A stretch of DNA of 32,000 bases from positions 1,590,001-1,622,000 of the forward strand of contig NC_014034.1 in the NCBI RefSeq assembly GCF_000021865.1. Direction: 5' to 3'. This stretch comes from Rhodobacter capsulatus SB 1003. GTDB taxonomy: Bacteria; Pseudomonadota; Alphaproteobacteria; Rhodobacterales; Rhodobacteraceae. The translations under genes were made by a program, and so were the position numbers. A model generated the notes under the pieces. The model made no database searches. It saw only the letters and a list, made by a program, of their open reading frames with translations, and was not told where the DNA came from. This document shows, one piece after another, positions 18,077-26,677 of this stretch (the first letter of the stretch is position 1; every line of letters starts with the position of its first letter).

Positions 18077-19477
18077 ATGATACCGGTTCAGGGATATGAG
18101 GGTGCGCGCGTCGCGGTGCTGGGGCTCGGGCGCTCGGGTCTGGCCACGGCGGCGGCATTGCGGGCAGGGGGCGCCGAGCCCGTGCTTTGGGACGACAGCC
18201 CCGAGGCCCGCGCCAAGGCCGAGGCCGCGGGCTACGCCTGCACCGATCTGACCCGGGCGGGCGCCTTTGAGGGCATCGCCGCCCTGATCACCTCACCCGG
18301 CATTCCGCATCTTTATCCCCGCCCCAATCCGGTCATCGCCGCGGCGATGGCGGCAGGCGTGCCGGTCGACAATGACATCGGGCTTTTCTTCCGCTCCTGG
18401 GCGACGGCGGGCTGGGATGATTTCGACGTCACGCCGCGCACCGTCTGCATCACCGGCTCGAACGGCAAATCGACGACGACGGCGCTGATCCACCATATCC
18501 TGAAACATGCGGGGCGCGCCACCCAGATGGCGGGCAATATCGGCCGCGGTGTCCTTGACCTTGATCCGCCCGAGGATGGCGAGGTGGTGGTGCTGGAACT
18601 GTCGAGCTACCAGACCGATCTGGCCCGCGCGCTGACCCCCGACATCGCGGTTTTCACCAATCTTTCGCCCGACCACATGGACCGCCATTCCGGCATGGGG
18701 GGCTATTTCGCCGCCAAGCGTCGGCTGTTTGCCGAAGGCGCACCCGACCGCGCGGTGATCGGCGTCGATGAGCCCGAGGGGGTCTATCTGGCCAATCAGA
18801 TGGCGATGGGGGCCACGGACGATCGGGTGATCCGCGTCTCTTCGGCGAAGAAACTGGGCGATTTCGGCTGGTCGGTCTTTGCGCGCAAGGGCTTTCTGGC
18901 GGAATGGCGCAAGGGGCGGCAGGTCGCCTCGATCGATCTGCGCGGCGTCAAGGCGCTGCCCGGGGCGCATAACCACCAGAACGCCTGTGCCGCCTATGCC
19001 GCCTGCCGCAGCCTCGGCCTGGCGCCGAAGCTGATCGAGGAGGCCTTTCACAGTTTCGGCGGGCTGCCGCACCGCAGCCAGACCATCGCGGAAAAGCGCG
19101 GCGTGCGCTATGTGAACGACAGCAAGGCCACCAATGTCGACAGCGCGGCCAAGGCGCTGGAGGCGTTTTCGAACATCCGCTGGATCGTCGGCGGCATGGG
19201 CAAGGAAGGTGGCGTCAGCGCGCTCAAGCCGCTTCTGGGCTCGGTGAAGAAGACCTATTTCATCGGCCATTCGGGGCGCGATTTCGCGCTGGAACTGGCG
19301 CCGCTCGAACACGAGATCTGCGAGACGATGGAACGCGCCGTGGCCCGCGCCGCAGAGGAGGCAGAGCCGGGCGATACCGTGCTTCTGGCGCCCGCGGCGG
19401 CCTCGTTCGACCAGTATCCGAATTTCGAAAAGCGCGGCGAGCATTTCACCGCGCTGGCGCAGGCGCTGCCCGACTGA
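18077..19477 (+). CDS. murD: UDP-N-acetylmuramoylalanine--D-glutamate ligase
   Basis: [28 protein letters not shown]...[10 protein letters not shown]...LELSSYQ...AHNHQNA...NDSKATN. ATG at 18077 with GGAGG at 18066-18070. The 104 upstream codons in the track ORF are Arg/Pro/Ala-rich spacer read-through. Confidence 0.95.
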   Translation: MIPVQGYEGARVAVLGLGRSGLATAAALRAGGAEPVLWDDSPEARAKAEAAGYACTDLTRAGAFEGIAALITSPGIPHLYPRPNPVIAAAMAAGVPVDNDIGLFFRSWATAGWDDFDVTPRTVCITGSNGKSTTTALIHHILKHAGRATQMAGNIGRGVLDLDPPEDGEVVVLELSSYQTDLARALTPDIAVFTNLSPDHMDRHSGMGGYFAAKRRLFAEGAPDRAVIGVDEPEGVYLANQMAMGATDDRVIRVSSAKKLGDFGWSVFARKGFLAEWRKGRQVASIDLRGVKALPGAHNHQNACAAYAACRSLGLAPKLIEEAFHSFGGLPHRSQTIAEKRGVRYVNDSKATNVDSAAKALEAFSNIRWIVGGMGKEGGVSALKPLLGSVKKTYFIGHSGRDFALELAPLEHEICETMERAVARAAEEAEPGDTVLLAPAAASFDQYPNFEKRGEHFTALAQALPD

Positions 19478-19547
19478 GGCGGCGCTTGCGGGGGGGCGCG
19501 CGGGCCGCCATACTCGCCCCGATCCGGCAACAGGCGAGAGCGCAGCG

Positions 19548-20126
19548 ATGATGGTGTTTCCCCGCGAAAACCTTGTGTTCTTCGCGGTTCCCAAGACCGG
19601 CACCACTGCGATCGAGGCGGCGCTGGATGCCCGCGCCGCCATTGTCCTGCGCGATCCGCCGCAGATGAAACATATGACCGTGGCCAGCTACGCGCGCAGT
19701 CTGCAGCCGCTTCTGAAGGCCGATTACGAGATGATGGCGGTGATCCGCCATCCGCTGGACTGGCACGGCTCGCATTACCGCTATCGCAGCCGCCCGGCGC
19801 TGAAGGGCACGGCGCGTTCGACCGCCGAGCAGAGTTTTGCCGATTTCATCACCCGGATGCTGACCCCGGGCAATGCCGAGGCCGATGGCTCGCAATCGCG
19901 CTTTCTCAGCCTGAGGGACGGGTCTTGCCCGGTGCGGCATCTGTTTCGTTACGAGGCGCAGGACCGCATTCTGGCCTTTCTGGCCGAGCGTTTCGGCGGC
20001 CCGGTGGCGCTGCCCGTGGTCAATGTCTCGCCCCGCCGCGCGCTGGATCTGCCCGCGGCGCTGCGCATGGCGCATGAAACCCGGTTTGCCCGCTGCTACG
20101 AGATGTGGGAGACCGCGCAACATTGA
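19548..20126 (+). CDS. Sulfotransferase-family (P-loop-like PKTGTT 5'-PSB motif) protein
   Basis: 192 aa. The N-terminal FFAVPKTGTTAIE resembles the PAPS 5'-phosphosulfate-binding loop of sulfotransferases, and there is a later RHPLDW block. Assignment from motifs only. Confidence 0.6.
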   Translation: MMVFPRENLVFFAVPKTGTTAIEAALDARAAIVLRDPPQMKHMTVASYARSLQPLLKADYEMMAVIRHPLDWHGSHYRYRSRPALKGTARSTAEQSFADFITRMLTPGNAEADGSQSRFLSLRDGSCPVRHLFRYEAQDRILAFLAERFGGPVALPVVNVSPRRALDLPAALRMAHETRFARCYEMWETAQH

Positions 20127-20136
20127 GGAGAAGCGC

Positions 20137-20610
20137 ATGACCGAATGGACGGGCCGTTGCAGCTGCGGGCAGCTGCGCTACCACCTGACCGCGGCGCCGA
20201 TGATCACCCATGCCTGCCATTGCAGCTGGTGCCAGCGCGAGACCGGCACCGCCTTTGCGCTCAATACGCTGATCGAGACCGACCGGCTGCAGGTGACGGG
20301 GCAGGTTGACTATGTGCTGACCCCTTCGGCTTCGGGCAAGGGGCAGGAAATCGCGCGCTGCCCCAGCTGCCGCGTCGCCGTCTTCAGCCATTATGCCGGG
20401 GCAGGGCGGGCGCTGGCCTTTGTCCGCGTCGGCACGCTGGACAGCCCCGCCGCCTGTCCGCCCGATGTGCATATCTTCACCGCGACGAAACAGCCCTGGG
20501 TGGTTTTTCCCGAAGGGGCGCAGGTGTTCGAAGAATATTACAAAAGCGCCGAGGTCTGGACGCCCGAGGCGCTGGAGCGCCGCCGCGCGGCCTTGGCGCA
20601 GGCGGGCTGA
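20137..20610 (+). CDS. GFA-family (glutathione-dependent formaldehyde-activating / CENP-V-like) zinc protein
   Basis: MTEWTGRCSCGQLRY...HACHCSWCQRETG...CPSCRVAVF is the characteristic Cys pattern of the GFA domain. ATG at 20137 with GAGGAG 5 nt upstream. Confidence 0.85.
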   Translation: MTEWTGRCSCGQLRYHLTAAPMITHACHCSWCQRETGTAFALNTLIETDRLQVTGQVDYVLTPSASGKGQEIARCPSCRVAVFSHYAGAGRALAFVRVGTLDSPAACPPDVHIFTATKQPWVVFPEGAQVFEEYYKSAEVWTPEALERRRAALAQAG

Positions 20611-20688
20611 GCGGCACCCCCACGCGGTGCTTTTCAACCGGCCCCCTTTGCGCTAGGGCTTCGCACGACGAATCCGACGGAGACAGCG

Positions 20689-21735
20689 ATGACCGAGCGC
20701 AAGACTGGCCTGACCTATGCCGATGCAGGCGTGGATATCGACGCGGGCAATGCGCTCGTCGAACGGATCAAACCGGCGGCGAAACGCACGGGCCGCCCCG
20801 GCACCGTGTCCGGGCTGGGCGGCTTCGGCGCGCTGTTTGATCTGAAAGCCGCGGGCTACACTGACCCGATCCTGGTGGCCGCGACCGATGGTGTCGGCAC
20901 GAAACTGCGCATCGCCATCGACACCGGTGTGGTCGACACGATCGGCATCGACCTGGTTGCCATGTGCGTGAACGATCTGGTCTGCCAGGGCGCCGAGCCC
21001 TTGTTCTTCCTGGATTATTTCGCCACCGGCAAGCTGGAGGTCGCACAGGCCGCCACCATCATCGAAGGCATCGCCGAGGGCTGCGCGCAATCGGGCTGTG
21101 CGCTGATCGGCGGCGAGACCGCCGAGATGCCGGGCATGTACGCGAAAGAGGATTTCGATCTGGCGGGCTTTGCCGTCGGCGCGATGGAGCGCGGCGCCGA
21201 TCTGCCCGCGGGCGTGGTCGCGGGGGATGTGCTTCTGGGCCTTGGCTCGAACGGGGTGCATTCGAACGGCTACAGCTTCGTGCGCAAGGTGGTCGAGCTT
21301 TCGGGCCTTGGTTGGGACGCGGCTTCGCCCTTCAGTGACGGCACGCTTGGTCAGGCGCTGCTGGCACCGACCCGGCTTTACGTGAAACAGGCGCTGGCCG
21401 CGATCCGCGCGGGGGGCGTGCATGCGCTGGCCCATATCACCGGCGGCGGGCTGACGGAAAACCTGCCGCGCGTGCTGCCGGAGGGTCTGGGCGCGACGAT
21501 CGACCTTTCTTCCTGGCCGCTGCCGCCGGTCTTCCGCTGGCTGGCCGAGACCGCAAACATGGCCGAGCCGGAACTGCTCAAGACCTTCAACTGCGGCATC
21601 GGCATGATCTGCGTCGTCTCGGCCGACCGGGCTGCGGCGCTGCAAGCGCTTCTGGAAGCCGCGGGCGAGAGCGTCACCGTGATCGGCACCGTGACCGAGG
21701 GGCAGGGCGTCGCCTATACGGGCAAGCTGTTGTGA
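20689..21735 (+). CDS. purM: Phosphoribosylformylglycinamidine cyclo-ligase (AIR synthetase)
   Basis: 348 aa. [71 protein letters not shown] and ITGGGL are canonical PurM motifs. Confidence 0.97.
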   Translation: MTERKTGLTYADAGVDIDAGNALVERIKPAAKRTGRPGTVSGLGGFGALFDLKAAGYTDPILVAATDGVGTKLRIAIDTGVVDTIGIDLVAMCVNDLVCQGAEPLFFLDYFATGKLEVAQAATIIEGIAEGCAQSGCALIGGETAEMPGMYAKEDFDLAGFAVGAMERGADLPAGVVAGDVLLGLGSNGVHSNGYSFVRKVVELSGLGWDAASPFSDGTLGQALLAPTRLYVKQALAAIRAGGVHALAHITGGGLTENLPRVLPEGLGATIDLSSWPLPPVFRWLAETANMAEPELLKTFNCGIGMICVVSADRAAALQALLEAAGESVTVIGTVTEGQGVAYTGKLL

Positions 21736-22322
21736 CCACCCGCGTCGCGATCCTGATTTCGGGCAGCGGGTCGAACATGATCCGTCTGGTCGAGGACATG
21801 CAGGGCCTGGGCCATGCGACGCCGGTTCTGGTCGCCTCGAACGATCCCGCGGCGGCGGGGATCGACCGCGCCGCGCGGCTGGGGGTGGCGACGGCGGTGA
21901 TCGACCATCGCCCCTTCGGCAAGGATCGCGCGGCGTTTGAGGCGGAGCTGCTGAAGCCGGTCCTGGCGGCCGAGCCCGATGTTCTGTGTCTGGCGGGCTT
22001 CATGCGGGTGCTGACGCCCGATTTCGTGAGGCGGTTCGAGGGGCGGATGCTGAACATCCATCCCTCGCTTTTGCCGAAATATCCGGGGCTGCACACGCAT
22101 CAGCGCGCGATCGAGGCGGGCGATGCCGAGGCGGGTTGCACCGTGCACGAGGTGACGCCGGTTCTGGATGACGGCCCGATCCTCGGTCAGGCGCGGGTGC
22201 CGGTTGAACCCGGCGATACCGCGGAAACGCTGGCCGCCCGGGTTCTGGTGCAGGAACACAAGCTTTACCCCGCCGTGCTGCGCCGCTTCGTGACCGGCAA
22301 CCGCAGCCGTCTGGATCTGTGA
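21732..22322 (+). CDS. purN: Phosphoribosylglycinamide formyltransferase
   Basis: 196 aa. [26 protein letters not shown] and GCTVH, with the conserved Asp following, are PurN motifs. The GTG start overlaps the purM stop (GTGA). Confidence 0.95.
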   Translation: MTTRVAILISGSGSNMIRLVEDMQGLGHATPVLVASNDPAAAGIDRAARLGVATAVIDHRPFGKDRAAFEAELLKPVLAAEPDVLCLAGFMRVLTPDFVRRFEGRMLNIHPSLLPKYPGLHTHQRAIEAGDAEAGCTVHEVTPVLDDGPILGQARVPVEPGDTAETLAARVLVQEHKLYPAVLRRFVTGNRSRLDL

Positions 22323-22341
22323 CGGCGATCCGCTGATCTGA

Positions 22342-22549
22342 CCGAGGCCATCGCCGAGGTCACGCGACACATTGGCCCCGTGACCGCCGAGGGCCCAGAG
22401 GCCCTCGGCCTGCGCCCGCCCCGCCCATGGCGGGCGCATTCGCGCCGCCGGGGCGGGACGCAGGCCTCCCGCGCGCTTGGGGAGGCGATCTTGTCACCGG
22501 CTTGGTCGCGACGGGCGGGGAAAGGCGATGCCTTTCCTGATCCGCCCGA
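22342..22549. repeat. Copy 1 of a hairpin-rich intergenic repeat of about 207 bp (purN-rnd spacer)
   Basis: Aligns by eye along its whole length with 23850-24055 in the same orientation, at roughly 80-85% identity with one or two indels. Long identical runs include ccgaggccatcgccgagg, gccgagggccca.aggccctcggcctgcgcccgccccgcc and ggcgggcgcattcgcgccgccggggcgggacgcaggcc. Contains a 10-bp-stem hairpin at 22386-22409 and the GGAAAGGC-gat-GCCTTTCC hairpin. Confidence 0.85.
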
Positions 22550-22682
22550 TCAGACCTGTTGCCTGCCGCCCGTCTCACAACCTTTTGTGCATTCCTGCAA
22601 CGACACGCTTTCCTTTGTGCGGACAAATGCCTAAACCGAAGGGACAAGGCGGGATGACCCCGCGATCCCCGGGAAAGGCACG

Positions 22683-23837
22683 ATGCAGACGATTACCACC
22701 ACCGACGCACTAGAGCAGTTCTGCACCCGCGCCAAGGCTGCCCCCTATGTGACGGTCGATACCGAGTTCCTGCGTGAACGCACCTACTGGTCGAAGCTCT
22801 GCCTGGTGCAGATGGCGCTTCCCGGCAAGGAGGGCGAGGCGGTTCTGGTCGATCCGCTGGTCGAGGGGCTCTCGCTCGAACCGCTTTACGATCTTTTCCG
22901 CCATCAGGCGACGGTCAAGGTCTTTCACGCCGCCCGGCAGGATCTGGAGATCTTCTTCACCGAGGCCGGGGTCTTTCCGCTGCCCCTGTTCGACACCCAG
23001 GTCGCGGCGATGGTCTGCGGCTTTGGCGAGCAGGTCGGCTATGAAACGCTGGTGAAGAAAATCGCCAAGCAGTCGCTGGATAAAACCTCGCGCTTCACCG
23101 ACTGGTCGCGCCGTCCGCTGACCGATGCGCAAAAGGCCTATGCCTTGGCCGATGTCACGCATCTGCGGGTGATCTACGAATTCCTCTCGAAAGAGCTGCG
23201 CAAATCGGGCCGCGAAAAATGGGTCGAGGAGGAGGAGGCGATCCTTCTGAACCCCGAGACCTATATCACCCGTCCCGAGGACGCCTGGGAACGGGTGAAG
23301 ACGCGGACGAATTCGGGGCGGTTCATGGCGGTGGTGCGCGAACTGGCGCGCTTCCGCGAGACCTTTGCCCAGGGCAGGAACATCCCGCGCTCGCGCGTGT
23401 TCAAGGATGATGCGCTCCTGGAGCTGGCCTCGACGAAGCCGGTGTCGCTTGATGAGCTGGGCAAGTCGCGGCTTTTGCTGCGCGAGGCGCGGCGGGGCGA
23501 CATTGCCGACGGCATCATCGCGGCGGTGAAGGCCGGGCTTGAGACGAAGCCCGAGGATTTCCCGCGTGTGCCCGACGAGGACGCGCAGCTGCAGGTGAAC
23601 ACGGCCTTGGCCGATCTGTTGCGGGTGCTTTTGAAGGCGAAATCCGAAGAGGCCGGGGTGGCGGCGAAGCTGATCGCCACCGCCTCGGATCTGGACCGGA
23701 TCGCCGCGGGCAAGCGCGACGTGGCGGCGCTGAACGGCTGGCGGCTCGATGTCTTCGGCAATGACGCGCTGCGGCTGGCCAAGGGCGAGATCGCGCTGAC
23801 CGCCTCGGGCGGGGCGGTGCGGGTGGTGCAGGTCTGA
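22683..23837 (+). CDS. rnd: Ribonuclease D
   Basis: 384 aa. YVTVDTEFLRERTYWSKLCLVQM (DEDDy exo I), KVFHAARQDLEI (exo II), YALADVTHL (exo III), followed by HRDC-like repeats. Confidence 0.93.
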   Translation: MQTITTTDALEQFCTRAKAAPYVTVDTEFLRERTYWSKLCLVQMALPGKEGEAVLVDPLVEGLSLEPLYDLFRHQATVKVFHAARQDLEIFFTEAGVFPLPLFDTQVAAMVCGFGEQVGYETLVKKIAKQSLDKTSRFTDWSRRPLTDAQKAYALADVTHLRVIYEFLSKELRKSGREKWVEEEEAILLNPETYITRPEDAWERVKTRTNSGRFMAVVRELARFRETFAQGRNIPRSRVFKDDALLELASTKPVSLDELGKSRLLLREARRGDIADGIIAAVKAGLETKPEDFPRVPDEDAQLQVNTALADLLRVLLKAKSEEAGVAAKLIATASDLDRIAAGKRDVAALNGWRLDVFGNDALRLAKGEIALTASGGAVRVVQV

Positions 23838-23849
23838 CGCCCGATCGGG

Positions 23850-24055
23850 CCGAGGCCATCGCCGAGGCCCCGCGCAGCATTTCCCCCTGCCCGCCGAGGG
23901 CCCAAAGGCCCTCGGCCTGCGCCCGCCCCGCCATCGGCGGGCGCATTCGCGCCGCCGGGGCGGGACGCAGGCCTTTGTTGCGCTTGGGGAAACGGTCTTG
24001 CCGCGGCTGTTGCGATGCGGGCGGGGAAAGGCAGTGCCCTTCCTGATCCGCCCGA
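23850..24055. repeat. Copy 2 of the hairpin-rich repeat of about 207 bp (rnd-uvrD convergent spacer)
   Basis: See copy 1. The equivalent 10-bp hairpin is at 23893-23916, and the only difference there is in the loop (caga versus caaa). Confidence 0.85.
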
Positions 24056-24063
24056 ACCGGGGC

Positions 24064-26622
24064 TCAGAACGGCACGTCGTCCAGCCCGACGGCGGGTTTC
24101 AGGAACCCGGCCTTGACATGTTTCGACCCGGCCTTGTCGAATTCGATCAAGGCGGTATCGCCTTCCAGATCGATCACCTCGCCATAGCCGAATTTGACGT
24201 GGAACACCCGGTCGCCCACGCCAAAGGCGAGGCTGTCCACCGTCGTCACCGTGCGCGCCTTGGGCCGCGGCGGCGTGCTGGCGCGGCTTTCCATCCGTTT
24301 CCAGCCCGGGGAATTGTAGACATCGGCCTTGGTCGCGCGGGCTTCCAGACTGCCAAAGCCGGTCTGCGTCGCCGCGCCGAAGCCGCCGCCGTAAAGCCCG
24401 GGCGGGGTCAGCACCTCGACCCGCGTGGCGGGCAATTCGTCGATGAAGCGCGAGGGCAGCTGCGACTGCCATTGCCCGTAAACCCGCCGGTTGCCCGCGA
24501 AGGAGATGGTGCAAATCTCCTCGGCCCGGGTGATGCCGACATAAGCCAGCCGCCGCTCTTCCTCGAGCGCGCGCAGCCCGCCCTCGTCCAGAGCGCGCTG
24601 GCTGGGAAACAGCCCGTCCTCCCAGCCGGGCAGGAAGACGGCCGGAAATTCCAGCCCCTTCGCCGCATGCAGGGTCATGATCGAGACCTTGTCCTCGGAC
24701 TGGTCCTTGTCGTTGTCCATGATCAGCGCGACATGTTCGAGGAAGCCCTGCAGATTCTCGAAGCTTTCCAGCGCCTTGACCAGTTCCTTCAGGTTTTCGA
24801 GCCGCCCCGGCGCCTCGGGCGTCTTGTCGGCCAGCCACATGTCGGTATAGCCCGATTCCTCCAGAATGGTTTCGGCCAGCCGCACATGGTCGGCATTCTC
24901 CAGCACCGCCGCATGCCAGCGCCCGATTCCGTCGAGGAAAGCGCGCAGGGCCCCTGCCGCCTTGCCGCCGATCGCGCCCTGTTGCAGCGCCGCTTTCGCG
25001 CCCATCACCAGACCCGCCTCGGCCTGACGGGCACAGGTCTGAATCACCGCCTGCGCCTTGTCGCCCAGACCCCGTTTGGGCAGGTTCACCACCCGCTCGA
25101 AGGCCAGATCATCGTCGGGCGACACGGCCAGGCGGAAATAGGCCATCGCATCGCGGATTTCCTGCCGTTCATAGAACCGCGGGCCGCCGATGACGCGATA
25201 GGGCAGGCCGATGGTCAGGAACCGGTCTTCAAAGGCGCGCATCTGATGGCTGGCGCGGACAAGGATAGTGATTTCACCAAGCATAAACGATTGAAAGAGA
25301 GCTTCCACATTGGAAGAGCGATCTTCCAATCCATATTGCTTGAGCAGCAATCCTCGCGTGTGAATGTCTCCGAAAATTCGACGATCTGACAACAAAGTGT
25401 CAGGCGGAATCTCTGGCAACATGGGAGGAAGCTGGTTTTTTACGCGCCGTTCGAATTCTTGCTCGTGAGTCTTTGACCGTGTGTTCCTTCTGTTTTTCGC
25501 TAACGGATGGGAACCATTATATAATTTCTCGATCTCTTCGCCGATCCAGCGCGCTTCCTCGTCGCCGTCCCAATGGCCGATCAGCCGAACCTTTTCGCCG
25601 CCCTTGTCGGCGGTCCAGAGCGTCTTGCCCAGCCGGTCGCGGTTGGCGGCGATCAGACCGGACGCGGCGGCCAGAATATGTTCGGTCGAGCGGTAGTTCT
25701 GTTCCAGCCGCACCACCACGGCGCCCGGAAAATCCTTTTCGAAGCGCAGGATATTGCCCACCTCGGCACCGCGCCAGCCATAGATCGACTGGTCGTCATC
25801 GCCGACGCAGCAGATGTTGCGATGCCCCTGTGCCAGAAGCCGCAGCCACAGATATTGCGCGGTGTTGGTGTCCTGATATTCGTCGACAAGGATATATCTG
25901 AACCAGCGCTGATACTGCTGCAGCACGTCGGGGTGACGCTGGAAGATCGTCACCATATGCAAGAGCAGATCGCCGAAATCGACGGCGTTCAGCGTGCGCA
26001 GCCGGTCCTGATAGGCGGCGTAAAGCTCGGAGCCGCGGTTGTCGAAATGCGCGGTGTCCGCGCCGCGGACATGTTCGGGCGTCCAGGCGCGGTTCTTCCA
26101 GCTGTCGATCAGCCCGGCCAATTGCCGCGCGGGCCAGCGCTTTTCATCCATGTTCGCGGCCAGGATCAGCTGTTTCAGCAACCGGATCTGGTCGTCTGTG
26201 TCCAGAATGGTGAAGTTCGACCGCAGCCCGACCAGTTCCGCGTGACGGCGCAGAAGCTTGACGCAGACCGAGTGAAAGGTGCCCAGCCACGGCATGCCTT
26301 CGAGCGTCTGGCCCATCAGACGGCCGATGCGGTCCTTCATTTCCCGCGCGGCCTTGTTGGTGAAAGTGACGGCCAGAACCTCGTTCGGGCGGGCGCGGCC
26401 GGAATGGATCAGATGCGCGATGCGCGCGGTCAGCGCCTTGGTCTTGCCGGTGCCCGCGCCCGCCAGCATCAGCACCGGGCCATCCAGCGCCTCCACCGCC
26501 CGCCGCTGCGCGTCGTTCAGACCGTCGAGCCAGGGCGTGCCCACCGGACCCCGCGCCGCCATCATGGCGCGTTGCGACAGGCTCAGCCCGCCGAAATCGT
26601 CATCATCAAGGATACTGCTCAT
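24064..26622 (-). CDS. uvrD: UvrD/Rep/PcrA-family (SF1A) DNA helicase II, carrying an atypical insertion
   Basis: 852 aa. Motif I AGAGTGKTK, Ia TFTNKAAREM, II VDEYQDTN, III VGDDDQSIYGWRGA, then LEQNYRS, V TLHAAKGLEFP and VI RLAYVGITRA. C-terminal Tudor-like GDRVFHVKFGYGEV. Residues ~366-452 are an unrecognised, low-GC-encoded segment (see findings). Confidence 0.92.
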   Translation of the reverse strand: MSSILDDDDFGGLSLSQRAMMAARGPVGTPWLDGLNDAQRRAVEALDGPVLMLAGAGTGKTKALTARIAHLIHSGRARPNEVLAVTFTNKAAREMKDRIGRLMGQTLEGMPWLGTFHSVCVKLLRRHAELVGLRSNFTILDTDDQIRLLKQLILAANMDEKRWPARQLAGLIDSWKNRAWTPEHVRGADTAHFDNRGSELYAAYQDRLRTLNAVDFGDLLLHMVTIFQRHPDVLQQYQRWFRYILVDEYQDTNTAQYLWLRLLAQGHRNICCVGDDDQSIYGWRGAEVGNILRFEKDFPGAVVVRLEQNYRSTEHILAAASGLIAANRDRLGKTLWTADKGGEKVRLIGHWDGDEEARWIGEEIEKLYNGSHPLAKNRRNTRSKTHEQEFERRVKNQLPPMLPEIPPDTLLSDRRIFGDIHTRGLLLKQYGLEDRSSNVEALFQSFMLGEITILVRASHQMRAFEDRFLTIGLPYRVIGGPRFYERQEIRDAMAYFRLAVSPDDDLAFERVVNLPKRGLGDKAQAVIQTCARQAEAGLVMGAKAALQQGAIGGKAAGALRAFLDGIGRWHAAVLENADHVRLAETILEESGYTDMWLADKTPEAPGRLENLKELVKALESFENLQGFLEHVALIMDNDKDQSEDKVSIMTLHAAKGLEFPAVFLPGWEDGLFPSQRALDEGGLRALEEERRLAYVGITRAEEICTISFAGNRRVYGQWQSQLPSRFIDELPATRVEVLTPPGLYGGGFGAATQTGFGSLEARATKADVYNSPGWKRMESRASTPPRPKARTVTTVDSLAFGVGDRVFHVKFGYGEVIDLEGDTALIEFDKAGSKHVKAGFLKPAVGLDDVPF

Positions 26623-26662
26623 GGGGCGCCACTATAGCTTGCGTTCCGGCAAAGCCAAGTCC

Positions 26663-26677
26663 GTTCGACTTTTGTTC
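26663..26677. promoter_or_regulatory. Candidate LexA (SOS) box, GTTC-N7-GTTC direct repeat
   Basis: Read directly: GTTCgacttttGTTC, lying 41-55 nt upstream of the uvrD start codon (on the uvrD strand it reads GAAC-N7-GAAC) and 76 nt upstream of the divergent ORF. It matches the alphaproteobacterial LexA consensus exactly. A single 8-nt specification can occur by chance. Confidence 0.45.

Noticed and set aside
22342-24055. The repeat pair interpreted as a composite transposon or mobile cassette carrying rnd
   Set aside because: The repeats are direct rather than inverted. No transposase, integrase or recombinase is present. rnd is a normal housekeeping gene with host-like composition, and each repeat sits in an ordinary 3' intergenic position.
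25473-25525. TTGACC (25473-25478) and a perfect TATAAT (25520-25525) on the plus strand inside the uvrD low-GC block, as a possible antisense promoter
   Set aside because: The two hexamers are 41 nt apart, far from the 16-18 nt spacing needed. No acceptable -35 sits 17 nt upstream of the TATAAT. Such hexamers are expected by chance in AT-rich sequence.
25267-25527. Possibility that the uvrD insertion is an intein, an intron or an inserted IS/MITE
   Set aside because: - At about 87 codons it is far too short for an intein. It also lacks the N-terminal Cys/Ser and the C-terminal His-Asn plus nucleophile.
- It is in frame and open, so splicing is not required.
- I saw no terminal inverted repeats or convincing target-site duplication at its borders (only a weak shared ATTTC).
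- It is retained as an unexplained in-frame insertion in the findings.
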